From positions 806,001-870,000 of the forward strand of contig NIVC01000084.1 in NCBI GenBank assembly GCA_002269645.1: 64,000 nucleotides of DNA, in the 5' to 3' direction. The DNA is from Macrostomum lignano (lineage: Eukaryota). Positions 1-12,070 of the stretch are shown here, piece after piece (position 1 is the first letter of the stretch; each line of letters starts with the position of its first letter). Both the position numbers and the translations under genes were made by a program. Below the pieces are notes generated by a model. That model worked only from the letters and a program-made list of their open reading frames with translations. It made no database searches and had not been told where the DNA came from.

Positions 1-1054
1 TTCACTGGCATGCTGAATACGCCCGTGCGAGCCGCTACTAGGGGGACAACTGACTACTAAGAACGGGAAAATGGCGATTCATTCAAAAAATCATCGGAGT
101 CTGATTTGATACACTTTCTCCTGATTTCATTGTTTTATGTAGGACATTCAATTTTACACACAGTGTGCCTGAGTTTTCCCTCTTTTAACTTATCCTGTTC
201 TCAGAATGTCATCCAACCACTTTTACACCAGAAACACAATTGGAATTGCGTTTGGGCTTGATCAAGTATATTTCTCTATAGGGTACACCAAGAGCGTTGC
301 CATGGGTTTTATGATGGGGGGGGGACAAAACCAAGAATTCTACACGTGCATGACTGAATTCCAGCATGTACATTATTTTTGAGAATCCGTGTTGTTAGCA
401 CTCATTTCGGCGCCGCAGGCATTCTTTTTGGCCCCCTGTCGCCCCCAGTGGCGCTGCACCTGGGTCTTACCTGCAATCACTTCTCGCATCTACGTCATTT
501 GGCCCACGCAGCCATACCTCACGTGCAAAAAAACATTACTAGAGAGCGGCTTCTACTCAAAATACAACTGTATCTTCCAAACAGATATCGCAAAGACTTG
601 CTATTTTTTGTCCTAGAAACAAGACTGGCATACACAAATTGCAAATCTTCTGTCTCTAACAACGGATCCGTTGCAACCGTTCATTCCAAAAAGAGACTTT
701 TTTCGCACTCGATTGAGCTAGAAAATACCGATTTTGCGAATTGGAAGACGAAAAAATGTTTTTGCTTGACAGTTTTAAAACTATTTTTGAAACTGAAAAA
801 TAGAATTGACAGAATCTAAGCAAACTTTTACTGTTGACGTCAATTTGCGTAACGATCAATGCTTGGCCAAGTCTTGTCTTTGCTCAGGACGAAAATCAAC
901 CCTCGTCAGAAACTTCGCAAATTAACATCTTGTCATATTGCTACTTTTTATTTATGGCTCAACAAACAGAGAGACAAGAATCCTTGGTTAAATGCTCCTT
1001 TATTTTCATCTGCGTTTCTCGAATGCAAAGACGTGTCACACTGGGCACTGACTT

Positions 1055-1731
1055 CTGCGTCACCCACTGCCTTCTGCGTCACCCACTGCCTCCTGTGTCA
1101 CCCACTGCCTCCTGTGTCACCCACTGCCTTCTGCGTCACCCACTGCCTCCTGTGTCACCCAATGCCTTCTGTGTCACCCACTGCCTCCTGTGTCACCCAC
1201 TGCCTCCTGTGTCACCCACTGCCTCCTGTGTCACCCACTGCCTTCTGCGTCACCCACTGCCTCCTGTGTCACCCAATGCCTTCTGTGGGACCCACTGCCC
1301 CTGTGCCACCCACTGCCTCTTGTGTCACCCACTGCCTCCTGTGTCATCCACTGCCTTCTGTGGGACCCACTGCCTCTTGTGTCACCCACTGCCTTCTGCG
1401 TCACCCACTGCCTCCTGTGTCACCCACTGCCTTCTGCGTCACCCACTGCCTCCTGTGTCACCCACTGCCTTCTGTGGGACCCACTGTCTTCTGTGTCACC
1501 CACTGCCTTCTGCGTCACCCACTGCCTCCTGTGTCACCCTCTGCCTTCTGTGTCACCCACTGCCTCCGGTGTCACCCTCTGCCTCCAGTGTCACCCACTG
1601 CCTCCTGTGTCACCCACTGCCTCTTGTGTCACCCACTGCCTCTTGTGTCGCCCACTGCCTCCTGTGTCACCCACTGCCTCCTGTGTCACCCTCTGCCTCC
1701 TGTGTCACCCACTGCCTCCTGTGTCACCCAC
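1055..1731. repeat. 19-bp minisatellite (CTGTGTCACCCACTGCCTC)n
   Basis: Direct tandem array, about 35 units; the ORFs show a 19-aa (3-unit) periodicity. Confidence 0.95.
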
Positions 1732-2449
1732 TTACCGTTAGAATGGTAATCAAGTGCTGAGGTGTTCGTGTCAGTTTTTCCTATTTTTCGTTATTTACAT
1801 ATTTTCATTTAGTAGCAAATATATATTTTTGCCTGCCTTGGAAAAATGCCCAATAGTCAAACACAGCAGACTTTTTAGCCCTGGCTCACCGCCCAGAACG
1901 CTTGGTGCAAGGCAAGCAGAGTACGCTCGAACTGTCTGAGTACGATCTGTCTGGCAGGCTGTTTATCTGCTGATGCGCGATCCCGAATCCCGAGTGGAGT
2001 AATTTCAGCTCAGACACGCTTTTTATGTTTATGCAGCTGAGCACCAGACGGAACTGCTACGGGGGCACAATTATCAATTTGTGCAAGATTGTTCGCCAGC
2101 CTGAGTAGGTGTTTCTAATTGCAGTTTGCCTTGTTACTCGTATGTTGATGCACTGATTGCCACACACATATATATTGCACCTGAGCTCCGGCAGCTGGTA
2201 AAGACTGGCTGGATTTCTAGAATCACTTGTCTTTATTCTCGAATCTCAAACGGACGGACAGGCAGACAATTTTTTTAGATATCCTTTGAATTCCTGGCCC
2301 CTCGTGTGTCATGGCGTAGGGATTTACTGGTAGTGAAACAGTTGCTTTTGTAGCGGTTAAAACACATCGAATATTGGATGGTTTCTACCAAGTCCGAAGC
2401 GATACATTTAGCTCATGGATTAATCCAAACGCACTAACTTCATCATGTG

Positions 2450-3720
2450 CTTTTCTCGCAACAGTAGGATTGCCAAGGATGCTACGTCCTCAGAGGTAGC
2501 ATCGGAATCACTGTCGGAACCCCTGCCAAGTTTGACGCCTTGGCCAACAACTGGTCCTGATACAGGTCTTCTCGAAGCCACGTCTTGTAGGAGAAAAAGA
2601 GACTCTGAAAAATGTTCCTATCCGGTAGATTTTAATCGTTATAGTCGTAAATTCTAAGTAGTTTTCTTCCGAAAATTTTATGACGTGAGCGATATCTACA
2701 CCACCGAGTCTATATTTACATGCATCCCAGAAGTGCACTGTACTTTTCCAAGAAGAGAATAGCAAGGAGTCATGGATTCCTCAAGATTCCGTTCGCAAGC
2801 ACCACAATATTGCCTCAATGACACGATTGTTTCATGAACTGTGTTCTCACCGGGCGGTCTTGATCTTTCGCGACCTTGTCCCATTTGACCCCTTGAACTC
2901 TTAGACGAGAGCCTCCTTATCCAGACGAAGCAGTTCGCTTTCACCTCCACCTGTGAGAACTGAAAGCAGCGGGAGGCCTGCTGGCCCTCTCGGACGGAAT
3001 TCCGCCCACGCTCTGCCCACGGCTTAACTTCAAAACCAGCATTCCACCGCGCCGTGGAGAAAGAGACAGCTGGCAACCCAGTAAAATCCGCTGCTTCACT
3101 GACGGTTCTCAAATCAATTCTACTTCTGGCTAAAACTACTGCATCGAGTCTTTACATATGAGCCATTGTATTTGCAGAGCCATTATATTTGTATATCTGT
3201 ATAAACAGTGCTAACAGCTCCAGTTGGCCCCACCCTCGGCTGCTCCAAACCTGGAGCCGCCGGTGGCGCTGGGGGAACATATAAGGCCCAAAAAGCGTGT
3301 CAGACCACATTGTGAGACCTCATCTGTCTGGTGCCCCACTTGGACAAGGAAATCTGGTGGCGCAGATGACTTGCCTGGGCGGCCTCCATCCGGGCTGTCC
3401 TTCAGTCCGAAGCGCTGCCCGACCGCCACAGGACTCGGCTGTGCTAGACGGTGGTCAAGACTGTCCAGCTGTACAACGCCGAACCGTGGATGCTGACGGT
3501 CATGCTGGATCGGCGGACTCGAGGCTTTTCTGTGCGGTCGTTTGAGCTGACGCCGTAGGCCGACTCCAACTGGCGGGACACGAGATTCGAGCCGAGAGCT
3601 GCCTGCCCCACGATACAGGACAGTTGAATTTAGCCTTGCATGGCCCATTTAGACGGAGACATTCGCGAAACCGACAATACGTGAAATTCCTGCTGTGCAA
3701 CGCCGGAGCGCTCAACGCAG
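2450..3720 (-). mobile_element. Possible degraded pogo/Tigger-like DNA transposon
   Basis: Fragmented minus-strand frames with weak resemblance to pogo HTH (GRP...CGLTR) and DDE_1 (HET...CGAC...PCYSLLGK) segments. Many stops, no TIRs identified. Confidence 0.25.
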
Positions 3721-4309
3721 TCTGACGCACTCTTTAGTTTTCTGGCTTGCGTCTTGTTTTTGTCATTGTTAGCTTAAGTGCTGAAGCATTGAAAGCTTCC
3801 TATCCCAAAAATTCTTCTTGCAGCGAAAACCGGCCGCCGGTGAAGCAACTTTTCTCTATGGATTGCGCCAACATTGATAGAGCTGCAGACGGCTGAAATC
3901 CATCCACAGTTGCGTTATAGCAACTAAAACTGGAATCTAAAACTGCCAGGGACGTGGGGGACCTAGCCCCACTCATACTTCATATAAGCATGAATTCCGT
4001 CGACTCAATTCATTTTTCACAGAATATGCATTTGAGCCATAACCGTAGTGGATATTGGCGAGCTCGATATTTTATAACCACCTGTCTGTCTACCTGCTAA
4101 TAAGCCCTCCAGTTTTAATTAGTACTTACAGACGATTCGTTTAAATCTCAGTCAGCCATCCAGCTACAACCAATCCCAGTTCACCCACCTCAGAGGACAA
4201 TTTTCTGTAAATGCAAGCAAAACTTTTGTGCTCAGAAACTCTTTCACATACAATTGGAGGATCTACGCAGCGCTGAACAAACTTGAGACTCTCAGCTCTT
4301 CAACCAAGG

Positions 4310-4527
4310 ATGTCGACCGTATCCGCTGCGCTGCTCCTGGCTGCCACCGCCCTGATGGCGGCCTCGGCCGCTGCCAGCTACGAGTGCCTGAGCGGGAACA
4401 GCACCGCCAGCGCTCTCTGCGCCAGGCCACCCTGCTTGGCCTGGCTCAGCCCATGCCCGGCTGCACCGAGTTCAAGCACTACTGCAGATCCGTGATCCTG
4501 CTGTATCTTGAAAAAGTCGTCGTCTGA
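4310..4527 (+). pseudogene. Small secreted Cys-containing peptide ORF, apparently frameshifted
   Basis: ATG 4310 opens a clear signal peptide (MSTVSAALLLAATALMAASAAAS). The GC3-rich codon pattern moves to another frame near 4410-4430 (QATLLGLAQPMPGCTEFKHYCRSV..., stop 4525-4527). Confidence 0.4.
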
Positions 4528-5126
4528 GCTTGAATCCGAATCAATATTACAAAATATTAGAGTTAGTCATGAACTATTTACCTGCAAAGTAAAATAACTT
4601 TTTATTTGAAAGATTCTTCATTTCAACAGAAAAGCATTATTCATTCATATTTTCGTAGGAAAGAAGCAAAACTAGGACTATCATAAAGCATAGTTTGTCG
4701 GCATATTCCTATTCCTAAACCATATTTCATCAATACTTTCATAAGAAACCCCTCTGGGCAAATACGCGGAGACAGAGGGGTCCCTTCGCACTTGGACAGG
4801 CCTAGGCAACGAAAATAATGGGCACATGCCACATAAAAAGAGCAAATAGAAGTATATTTTTCAACTAACTACTTGTATATACAAGTTCCAGGCACCATGA
4901 AAAATATTCAAAGCCATAGAAAAATTATTAAAACTGCTCGATCCCCTAGTTCTCCTGCGTGTCGCGGGTGCTCTTATAAAAAATGGAATCCAGAGTATCA
5001 CCAACGAGACTTTGAACTGCTCCCGAAACAATCAAGCACAGAGATCACACCAGTCGGAATCAATGACAGAGGCTGTACCGATAAACAGTCCTGGGTCAAA
5101 ACCAAGGAGATACTTCATAGCTTGTG

Positions 5127-6281
5127 CTACCGAATGACGCTGTCATTTCCAAACAGCACGAAGCGAAACATGTCTCCAAGCATTGAGTCTACCGACCGAA
5201 TAGAGCTCATGTTGTACTGCACAGGGTGGAACCGGTACCACAGGTGCATCACGTAGTTCCTCCGTTGCCAGGGCCACTTTCTGGGCCGCTTGTAGATCAG
5301 GTCCATCCTGTTCCAGGTGGGCTGGTCCATGCTATCCTCTTCCACGTGGCACAGGTGACGGAAGGCCTCAGAAGCGCACATGTGGTGCGGCAGATTCACT
5401 GACAAGGCAGACCACTTGAACTGGTCGAACACCTGGTAGGCCAGGTGCCACAGCACCAGGAAGCTGCTGTTTGGCGCAGCCAGAAACACTCCATTGCACA
5501 GGCCGTCAACCGACTGCCTGCCGATGGTGAAGTTGAAACGACGCAGCGAAGTCAACGGCCTCAGCGTGATGACGTCCAAGTCGAAGTAGGCGCCGCCGAA
5601 CTGCAGCACCGCCTCCAGCCGCATCAGGTCGGATTTGTGCTCCATTTTGTGCACCGGCAGGCCGTAGATTGCTGACGGTACATCGCGACGAGCAAACACA
5701 ACTGTGGACTCCCACAGACCGGATTCGCTGAGGTTCCGCTGCACAGCCTCCCAATGCTGGCCCGTTGGCGGCTTCTCGTACCACAGGAACAGCAGGCGGG
5801 GCCGCATGAGCCACACGCAGCTCAGAAGGCAGACTCGGTGGTGAAATTTCAGTTCGGAGTTGCCGAACGGCAGCACAAAGTGAGCCACATTCGGCACAGC
5901 CAGACCGTCGTTTCCCAGCTTGAGCAGATCAGCGTTCGAATAGTTGCGGCCCGATGGAGAGTGCAGCCTCAACGAGTTCGAGTGCATGACTGGCCGCCTG
6001 TGCTTCATCATTTGGTCTACTTGGCTCCAGTATCTGGTCAGCCTCTTTTGAGTTCGAATGATGGCTTTTAGATGGTCGAACTTTGAGTCAACAAAAGCTG
6101 CATCGATGGGTCTGAAACTCTCTTTGTCATTGTTGTGGGTCTCTGGCTGTTGGGCTTGGAGATTCGATTTCTTGTAGGTGTGCTGTGGCTGGAGACTCAG
6201 GAGACTTTGAATTAATATTGCGACGCTACCGAGTGCTGAGACAAACAATAAAAGTCTTCGCAGGTAGTGCAGAGTGCTCAT
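5127..6281 (-). CDS. Golgi-type glycosyltransferase, GT32 / alpha-1,4-glycosyltransferase-like (DXD motif), 384 aa, intronless CDS
   Basis: N-terminal type II signal anchor (LLLFVSALGSVAILIQSLL), VPNVAHFV, HKSDLMRLEAVLQFGGAYFDLDVITLRPL (GGxYxDxD), LCNGVFLAAPNSSFL, HLW. These are typical of the Gly_transf_sug/A4GALT-like family. Confidence 0.88.
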   Translation of the reverse strand: MSTLHYLRRLLLFVSALGSVAILIQSLLSLQPQHTYKKSNLQAQQPETHNNDKESFRPIDAAFVDSKFDHLKAIIRTQKRLTRYWSQVDQMMKHRRPVMHSNSLRLHSPSGRNYSNADLLKLGNDGLAVPNVAHFVLPFGNSELKFHHRVCLLSCVWLMRPRLLFLWYEKPPTGQHWEAVQRNLSESGLWESTVVFARRDVPSAIYGLPVHKMEHKSDLMRLEAVLQFGGAYFDLDVITLRPLTSLRRFNFTIGRQSVDGLCNGVFLAAPNSSFLVLWHLAYQVFDQFKWSALSVNLPHHMCASEAFRHLCHVEEDSMDQPTWNRMDLIYKRPRKWPWQRRNYVMHLWYRFHPVQYNMSSIRSVDSMLGDMFRFVLFGNDSVIR

Positions 6282-7530
6282 TGTTGTGATTTTCTTCTAA
6301 AAGAAATCACTAAAGCTAGCAGCGGTAGCTCAAATAGAAATAAAAAAACATGAAACTCTATGCAGACTTCTGTTTTATAACTGTCGAAAATGGCAGATAA
6401 AATTCAGTGTACAGGCGAGTTAGCTGTGCTTTACCTTCTCTCTCTCTCCCCCTTCTTTTTATCACGGCAGCATAAATTCTCAATGCAGGGCCAAGTGTAC
6501 GCAAGTGAGTTCGCGTGGGGAGCTGCCCGAGGCTGTACAAGAGCTGAACGCACAGTTTTGTGTCGTAGTTTGAACGAAGCTGCCGGCAGAGTTTATTCAA
6601 GCATAGGAAATGATAACATAAGTGAGAGGCTGAGAACGAAAGCTTAAGAACGTATAGCTGGTTGCTACCACAGACATAAAAAGGATATGATTGGGTAAAG
6701 TGCAACAACGCTAGCTCTAGCTAGCAGCCACTACCACATTTTGTTTGCACAGTTACAGCAACTTTGAATTAGAATTAAGAAGTAGTGTAGATAGAGAGAT
6801 AGCTTAGATAGTGAGGTAGAAAACTTGTAAAAGTTGTAAAAGCCCTTGCAATAGAAACTATTGCTATTTATTTCACTAGCTAATTAGTTTACTTATTATA
6901 TGCGAGTAGCTATTAGTTATGTTGGCATGCTGTATCATAAAACTACATAGATAAGATAAGATAAGATTTGTCTTGCAAATTAAGCTAATGTACTGGCACG
7001 TACGCATGCACGAAGCTGGATTGTATAAAGTTTTTTATTGAAACTAGCTAAAAATGTCAAAAAATCCCACAATTAAAGTCTAAGCAACAGAAAATCTTCC
7101 GAATGCTCAATTCGTTCATTTTGCTTCTTATGTAATTTGGAAGAAAAAACATTCGCGCTTAAGCTACTCATTGGGTGACGAATGGAATAGTAGTATGTGC
7201 CATAGACTAAAAACTTAATTATTGAACACCTCGAGCCTTTGTCCGATCAAGGAGTTCTATAATTAGCAATCTGGACTGGAAACGAGTTTTTCAGTTTTAC
7301 CTCATGAGGCCAGACTAGCATAGACAGAGTCAGACAGAGTCATAGACATTCAGTACTGGCTCCTTATTCTTTACAATTGGCGTGGCCTCATGAGGTAAAA
7401 CTTGTTTCCACTCCAGATTGCTAATTGTTGAACTCCTTGACTTCTATAAGCAGTGAATGCTGCTGCATAATATTGGTATTCTTGACTTGATTGGCATTGG
7501 CACATTATCGATATTATTACGCTCACTGAC

Positions 7531-8127
7531 AAAAATGAGTGCCTTTGGCACAAAAATGAGTGCCTGCGGCTCTAAAATGAGTGCCTGTGGCGCTAAAATG
7601 AGTGCCTGCGGCTCTAAAATGAGTGCCTGCGGCGCTAAAATGAGTGCCTGCGGCGCTAAAATGAGTGCCTGCGGTGCCAAAATGAGTGCCTGCGGTGCCA
7701 AAATGAGTGCCTGTGGCGCTAAAATGAGTGCCTGCGGTGCCAAAATGAGTGCCTGCGGTGCCAAAATGAGTGCCTGTGGCGCTAAAATGAGTGCCTGCGG
7801 CTTTCAAATGAGTGCCTGTGGCGCTAAAATGAGTGCCTGTGGCGCTAAAATGAGTGCCTGCGGCGCTAAAATGAGTGCCTGCGGCGCCAAAATGAGTGCC
7901 TGCGGCGCCAAAATGAGTGCCTGCGGTGCAAAAATGAGTGCCTACGGCTCAAAAATGAGTGCCTGCGGCGCCAAAATGAGTACCTGCGGCGCCAAAATGA
8001 GTACCTGCGGCGCCAACATGAGTGCCTGCGGCGCCAAAATGAGTGCCTGCGGCGCCAAAATGAGTGCCTGCGGTGCAAAAATGAGTGCCTACGGCTCAAA
8101 AATGAGTGCCTGCGGCGCCAACATGAG
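7531..8127. repeat. 21-bp minisatellite (AAAATGAGTGCCTGCGGCGCT)n
   Basis: About 28 units; translates as (MSACGAK)n. Confidence 0.95.
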
Positions 8128-9169
8128 CGCTGACAACACAAAATAATGGAATTGTAGGAATTTAGTCAAGTACATGTTGAATGGGGAGGGCTGTGTCCCC
8201 CCACCTTAAAATCCATGGCGACGCCCCTGCCAGCCTCTCAGCGTGTCAGCTACTGGGCCAGACTATGTTTATACTGTCTGTAATGCCGAGTGGTTGACAA
8301 CCTCTGGCCCGAGGGCCACATGCGATCCGCGAAGCCCGTCTGTTTGGCCTGAGGGCCCTAGAAAGCTTCACAATAGCAATCCGGCCCGCTCAAGGCTTGT
8401 GTCTCTTCTCAGCTCTCTTCCCTCCTTTCTCCTCTCATCTCTCCCATCTTAAGTCTCCTTCATCTTTCATTTTATCTCCCACCCTATCTCTCCTCTCGTC
8501 TCTCCCCTCTCATCAGCTATAAGTTGAATTCTTTATCTGCCTGTTGAGGGTTTTTGTTAGCTGTGCAGAGGCTAGACTGCACAGTTTATTCCTGCACTGT
8601 CCTATTTTACGGAATGTGGCAGAATACTGCTTATCGATCGGCTGGGGGTTGGGGGCAAAGAACCATTTTTTTCAATTTTCAATGAGCGTTTCGGGCACTT
8701 CCCGCCAATGCGCATCAGGGTGAGGACAGGCCAAATTGAGAGAGCCAGGGAAAAAACGATGAAGAGAATCGATGAACAATGACAGACTCCCGATATTTTC
8801 AACTGCAATTTATTTGATGATGAGGCATTCTTTTGAAAGATAGGCCTTTTAACCCCACTAAAATCAAAAGCTTTTTGCCTCTACGTACCCATGGGGACAT
8901 CTCTATCTTGCTTGGTTGCGAGGGGGATAATTAGCAGGTGGGAGTGAGTGTTGCCTCCAGCTCCGCACGGGCGCACTTGCTGGATCATTGCCGCCATAAA
9001 CGACCGAGGCCAGGGTTTTAATGGGACTTGAAACAGCAAGCTTGCAGAAACGTTTTTAACACAGAGCTACTCAAAAACTATTAGCAGAAAGCAACTAATT
9101 AAAAATCAAATTCAGACAAGAAAACTCAACGCATTTGTTTTCACCAACGCTGGTGCGCCTCAATTTACA

Positions 9170-10243
9170 ATGAGAGCAGGTAAATAAAAAATAAAGTGAC
9201 TGACTATTATTACTCGTAGAATGTAAACTTGATAAGAAATCACATATTAAATTTCAATTTCGTTGTCAAAAGTTCTAGGAGTCGCGCTGTTCATGTCGTG
9301 CCTGCTGGCTGTCTGCCAGTGCAGGTCCGGAGACACCTGGACTCAGATGCAGGTGCACTGCCTGTCCGATGCTGCCGCCTTCCGCATATCCAAGGCATTC
9401 ACGGAACAGCACTGCAGCATGCAGGCGACCGATGCCTTTCCATCCGGCATTCTCGTTGCCCAGTTCGAGCCGGCCTCTCTCCGCTGCAGTCTCTTCCGCT
9501 ACCAGTCCGTGTGTCGCGACCTTGTCTCTGGCGGTGCGAGCAGCGACTGCCGAGTGCTCATCCGATTTCCGATCAAATATCCGGCTCAGCTCAACCCGAA
9601 GCTCACAAACGTGTGGCTCGGAGACGACATGTCTGCATTTGAGAATGTCGTGTGCCAGGCTGACGAAGAGACCAACCGAATTTATCCGGTCGGAGTCCAG
9701 TGGACAGAGGAGGGCGCCGCGTTCGATGGGAGCAGCTCGTTTCTGGCCATGAACAAGAGCGACATCGGGTTCGGCACAGGCGTCACGGTGCTGCTCAGGA
9801 TGAAGCGGCAGCCGCAGGTGCAGCCGCTGTTTGAATTCTTAGACTGCGCCAACTTTGCCACAGGACCTTACTACCACCACATCTGGGAGTATTCCTCAGT
9901 ATCAAGGTTGTACGTCATCTTCTTCGATACTAATTCAGTACGTAACAGAATCATGTCGTCAGCCATTCTCACCCCGAACGCCAGCGAGTGGATTGACTTC
10001 GGATTCACGTCGACACCGACAACGGACTCTTATGGAATGTTTGTGAACACCTCCTTCTTGCCGATGTCTGCCATCGATTTTCATACTGTTACTGATTCTA
10101 TTTCGTTGTCGAAGTTCTGCTTTCGGTTCGGCAAGCGGTACAATCATGCCAATCTGTTCAAGGGCTCGGTCAGGGCCATCGCAATCGGCAGCAGCTTCAT
10201 GAGCGAAACCGAGATTCGAGACTTCTTTGCCACCCTGCCGTGA
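9170..10243 (+). CDS. Secreted protein with Cys-containing N-terminal module and C-terminal LamG/concanavalin-A-like (Laminin_G_3-type) domain, 324 aa
   Basis: join(9170..9179,9279..10243): ATGAGAGCAG|gtaaat ... ttctag|GAGTC gives signal peptide MRAGVALFMSCLLAVCQC. LamG-like motifs GAAFDGSSSFL and FKGSVRAIAIGSSFMSETEIRDF. This replaces the TTG start in the ORF track. Confidence 0.75.
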
Positions 10244-10639
10244 GGAGCAGCTCAGCAGCTGCTGGACTCGTAACTAGTAAAATGTGAGCTCGTGTGAATT
10301 TGTGTTGTGATACATTCATGACGCACGTGCCTGTACGCGCACTTGTTTTGGCTGAATGACCTGACTTGTCGCTAGTCGGTTAGCTGGGTTTTTTCTCTCT
10401 CTCGCACCGCACCCACTGTTTGCGACCCCGGCTTTCCCTCACATTGGCCTTTCTACGCGCTGATTGGCCAGTCATTCCAGTCTTTTTCTTCTCTCCCCCC
10501 TCCCTCTAAGGTCCAGTTTTTCAGCTCTTACACTGCGCGGTGCCTTGATTGGCTGGGCTTGGGCCCCCTTTTTATTTGGTATTTAGTTTTTCGTCTGGCT
10601 TCCCCGTTCCCTCACCTCGGTTGTTACGAAGACTCTATT

Positions 10640-10830
10640 CAATCTAGCGACCCAACGTATATTCTGTATATCGATCGCCAGAGCGTCCCAACGCCTGGTG
10701 CATTCTGTACATGTACCGATCGCCAGAGAGCGTCCCAACGCCTGGTGTATTCTGTACATGTACCGATCGCCAGAGAGCGTCCCAACGCCTGGTGTATTCT
10801 GTACATGTACCGATCGCCAGAGCGTCCCAA
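10640..10830. repeat. 47-bp tandem repeat, about 4 copies
   Basis: GATCGCCAGAGAGCGTCCCAACGCCTGGTGTATTCTGTACATGTACC repeated. Confidence 0.9.
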
Positions 10831-11657
10831 TGCTCTGCTCAGGACGCAGGTATGCATATCCCGGCCAACCACCATTGAGAAGTCATCGCCATATAGAGGC
10901 TTTCCACGAGGTTAACTGACGACTGGATGATGCGCCATGGCCTATTAGGCATTTCAAACCATCGCTGTTTTGTGCGCTCCATCTGGGCGCCACAGCCGCA
11001 GATCTACAGCTAATATAGACTATGAAATCAATTTATACACAGCATTAAGTTGTAGACCACTGCTATAATACATTCATTATGTACCGTACAGTACATGGAA
11101 CACTATCCCTAATCCTCACATTTGCCATAAAATTGTTCTCTGTTTTGGCCAAGTTTTACCGAGGGAATTATAGTCCTCTTAGGGACTGTTGCAGCATGCT
11201 TGTTCTCCATCCCCTGCCGCTGTTGGAGCGTTCGTGTACAGCAAAGCTAGCGGGTTGCTAGGTCGCAGAGGCGTGGGTTATTAGTGGAGGTGCGCGGCTA
11301 CAGTGGTTGCGTTGGATGAATTTGGGGAGACGACAAAATATCAAGTCTGAATAGCTTTCCGCTCCCGTTAGCCACCACCTTGTACACTACAAGCGTCTCT
11401 CCAGCCACCGGTTGTCAGGCATCTCCGGGTTGGCGTTGCTCTCGTCAAACAGGCCAGAGTCACCCGTGCTCTGGCGGCTGTTTGCCGCTTTCTAGCGGCT
11501 CAGCTGCCACTGAGATGGGATGGGACTTTTTTATTTATCTTCTGTTCTCCGTCCTCCCAGCGTTCTCTGGGCTGGACTAGCGATGGCGTTTTAGCATGCC
11601 TGTGAAGCACGAGACAGACTATTGGCTACGATCTACCATGTTTCACGCATTCCCTTA

Positions 11658-12070
11658 TCTATACCTATAAAAATTAAAACTCTGTCTGTCTGTCTGTGTA
11701 CAAATCACTTCGCTATGGACTCCCAAACCGCTCAATCAAATGACACCAAATTTTGCACCCAACCTAAACTCACTATGGAGAATGTCTTAGGCTACCTTAA
11801 AATTTTCTATTTTCAGGTCTTTCCACCTACTCGTAAAAGTGCAAAATTCTGCTTTGATGTGCAACTTTTTCTCTAAATCGTCCATAGCGTTGCTCCACTT
11901 TTACCGATCCTTTTCAAATTTTAAACAAACAATCTTCAACTATTTTGACACAGTTGCGAGCCCTAAGATTAACCGTGAGCGGCGCGTTGCACTTTTAAAT
12001 TTAATCTGCTTTTTCAGCGCGGCAACCACCCCAACCTCCTCATGCCTCTCCCTCCCGATCTGACTAGATG
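11658..12070 (+). mobile_element. Non-autonomous Helitron-like element (5' portion)
   Basis: A|TCTATACCTATAAAA 5' end followed by a (GTCT)n microsatellite and AAACCGCT...ACCAAATTTTGCAC, a layout typical of invertebrate non-autonomous Helitrons. The 3' hairpin/CTRR end was not confidently located. Confidence 0.4.

Noticed and set aside
834-1760. Cys/His/Pro-rich ORFs of 180-308 aa
   Set aside because: All three frames are open only because the 19-bp unit lacks stops; no splice or codon evidence.
7457-8146. (MSACGAK)n ORF resembling a metallothionein or repeat protein
   Set aside because: It is a translation of a 21-bp minisatellite with no unique flanking coding sequence.
10253-10278. Palindrome CAGCAGCTGCTG followed by CTAG|T, like a Helitron 3' end, right after the LamG-like stop
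   Set aside because: Loopless 12-bp palindrome and no matching 5' TC end identified; could be chance.
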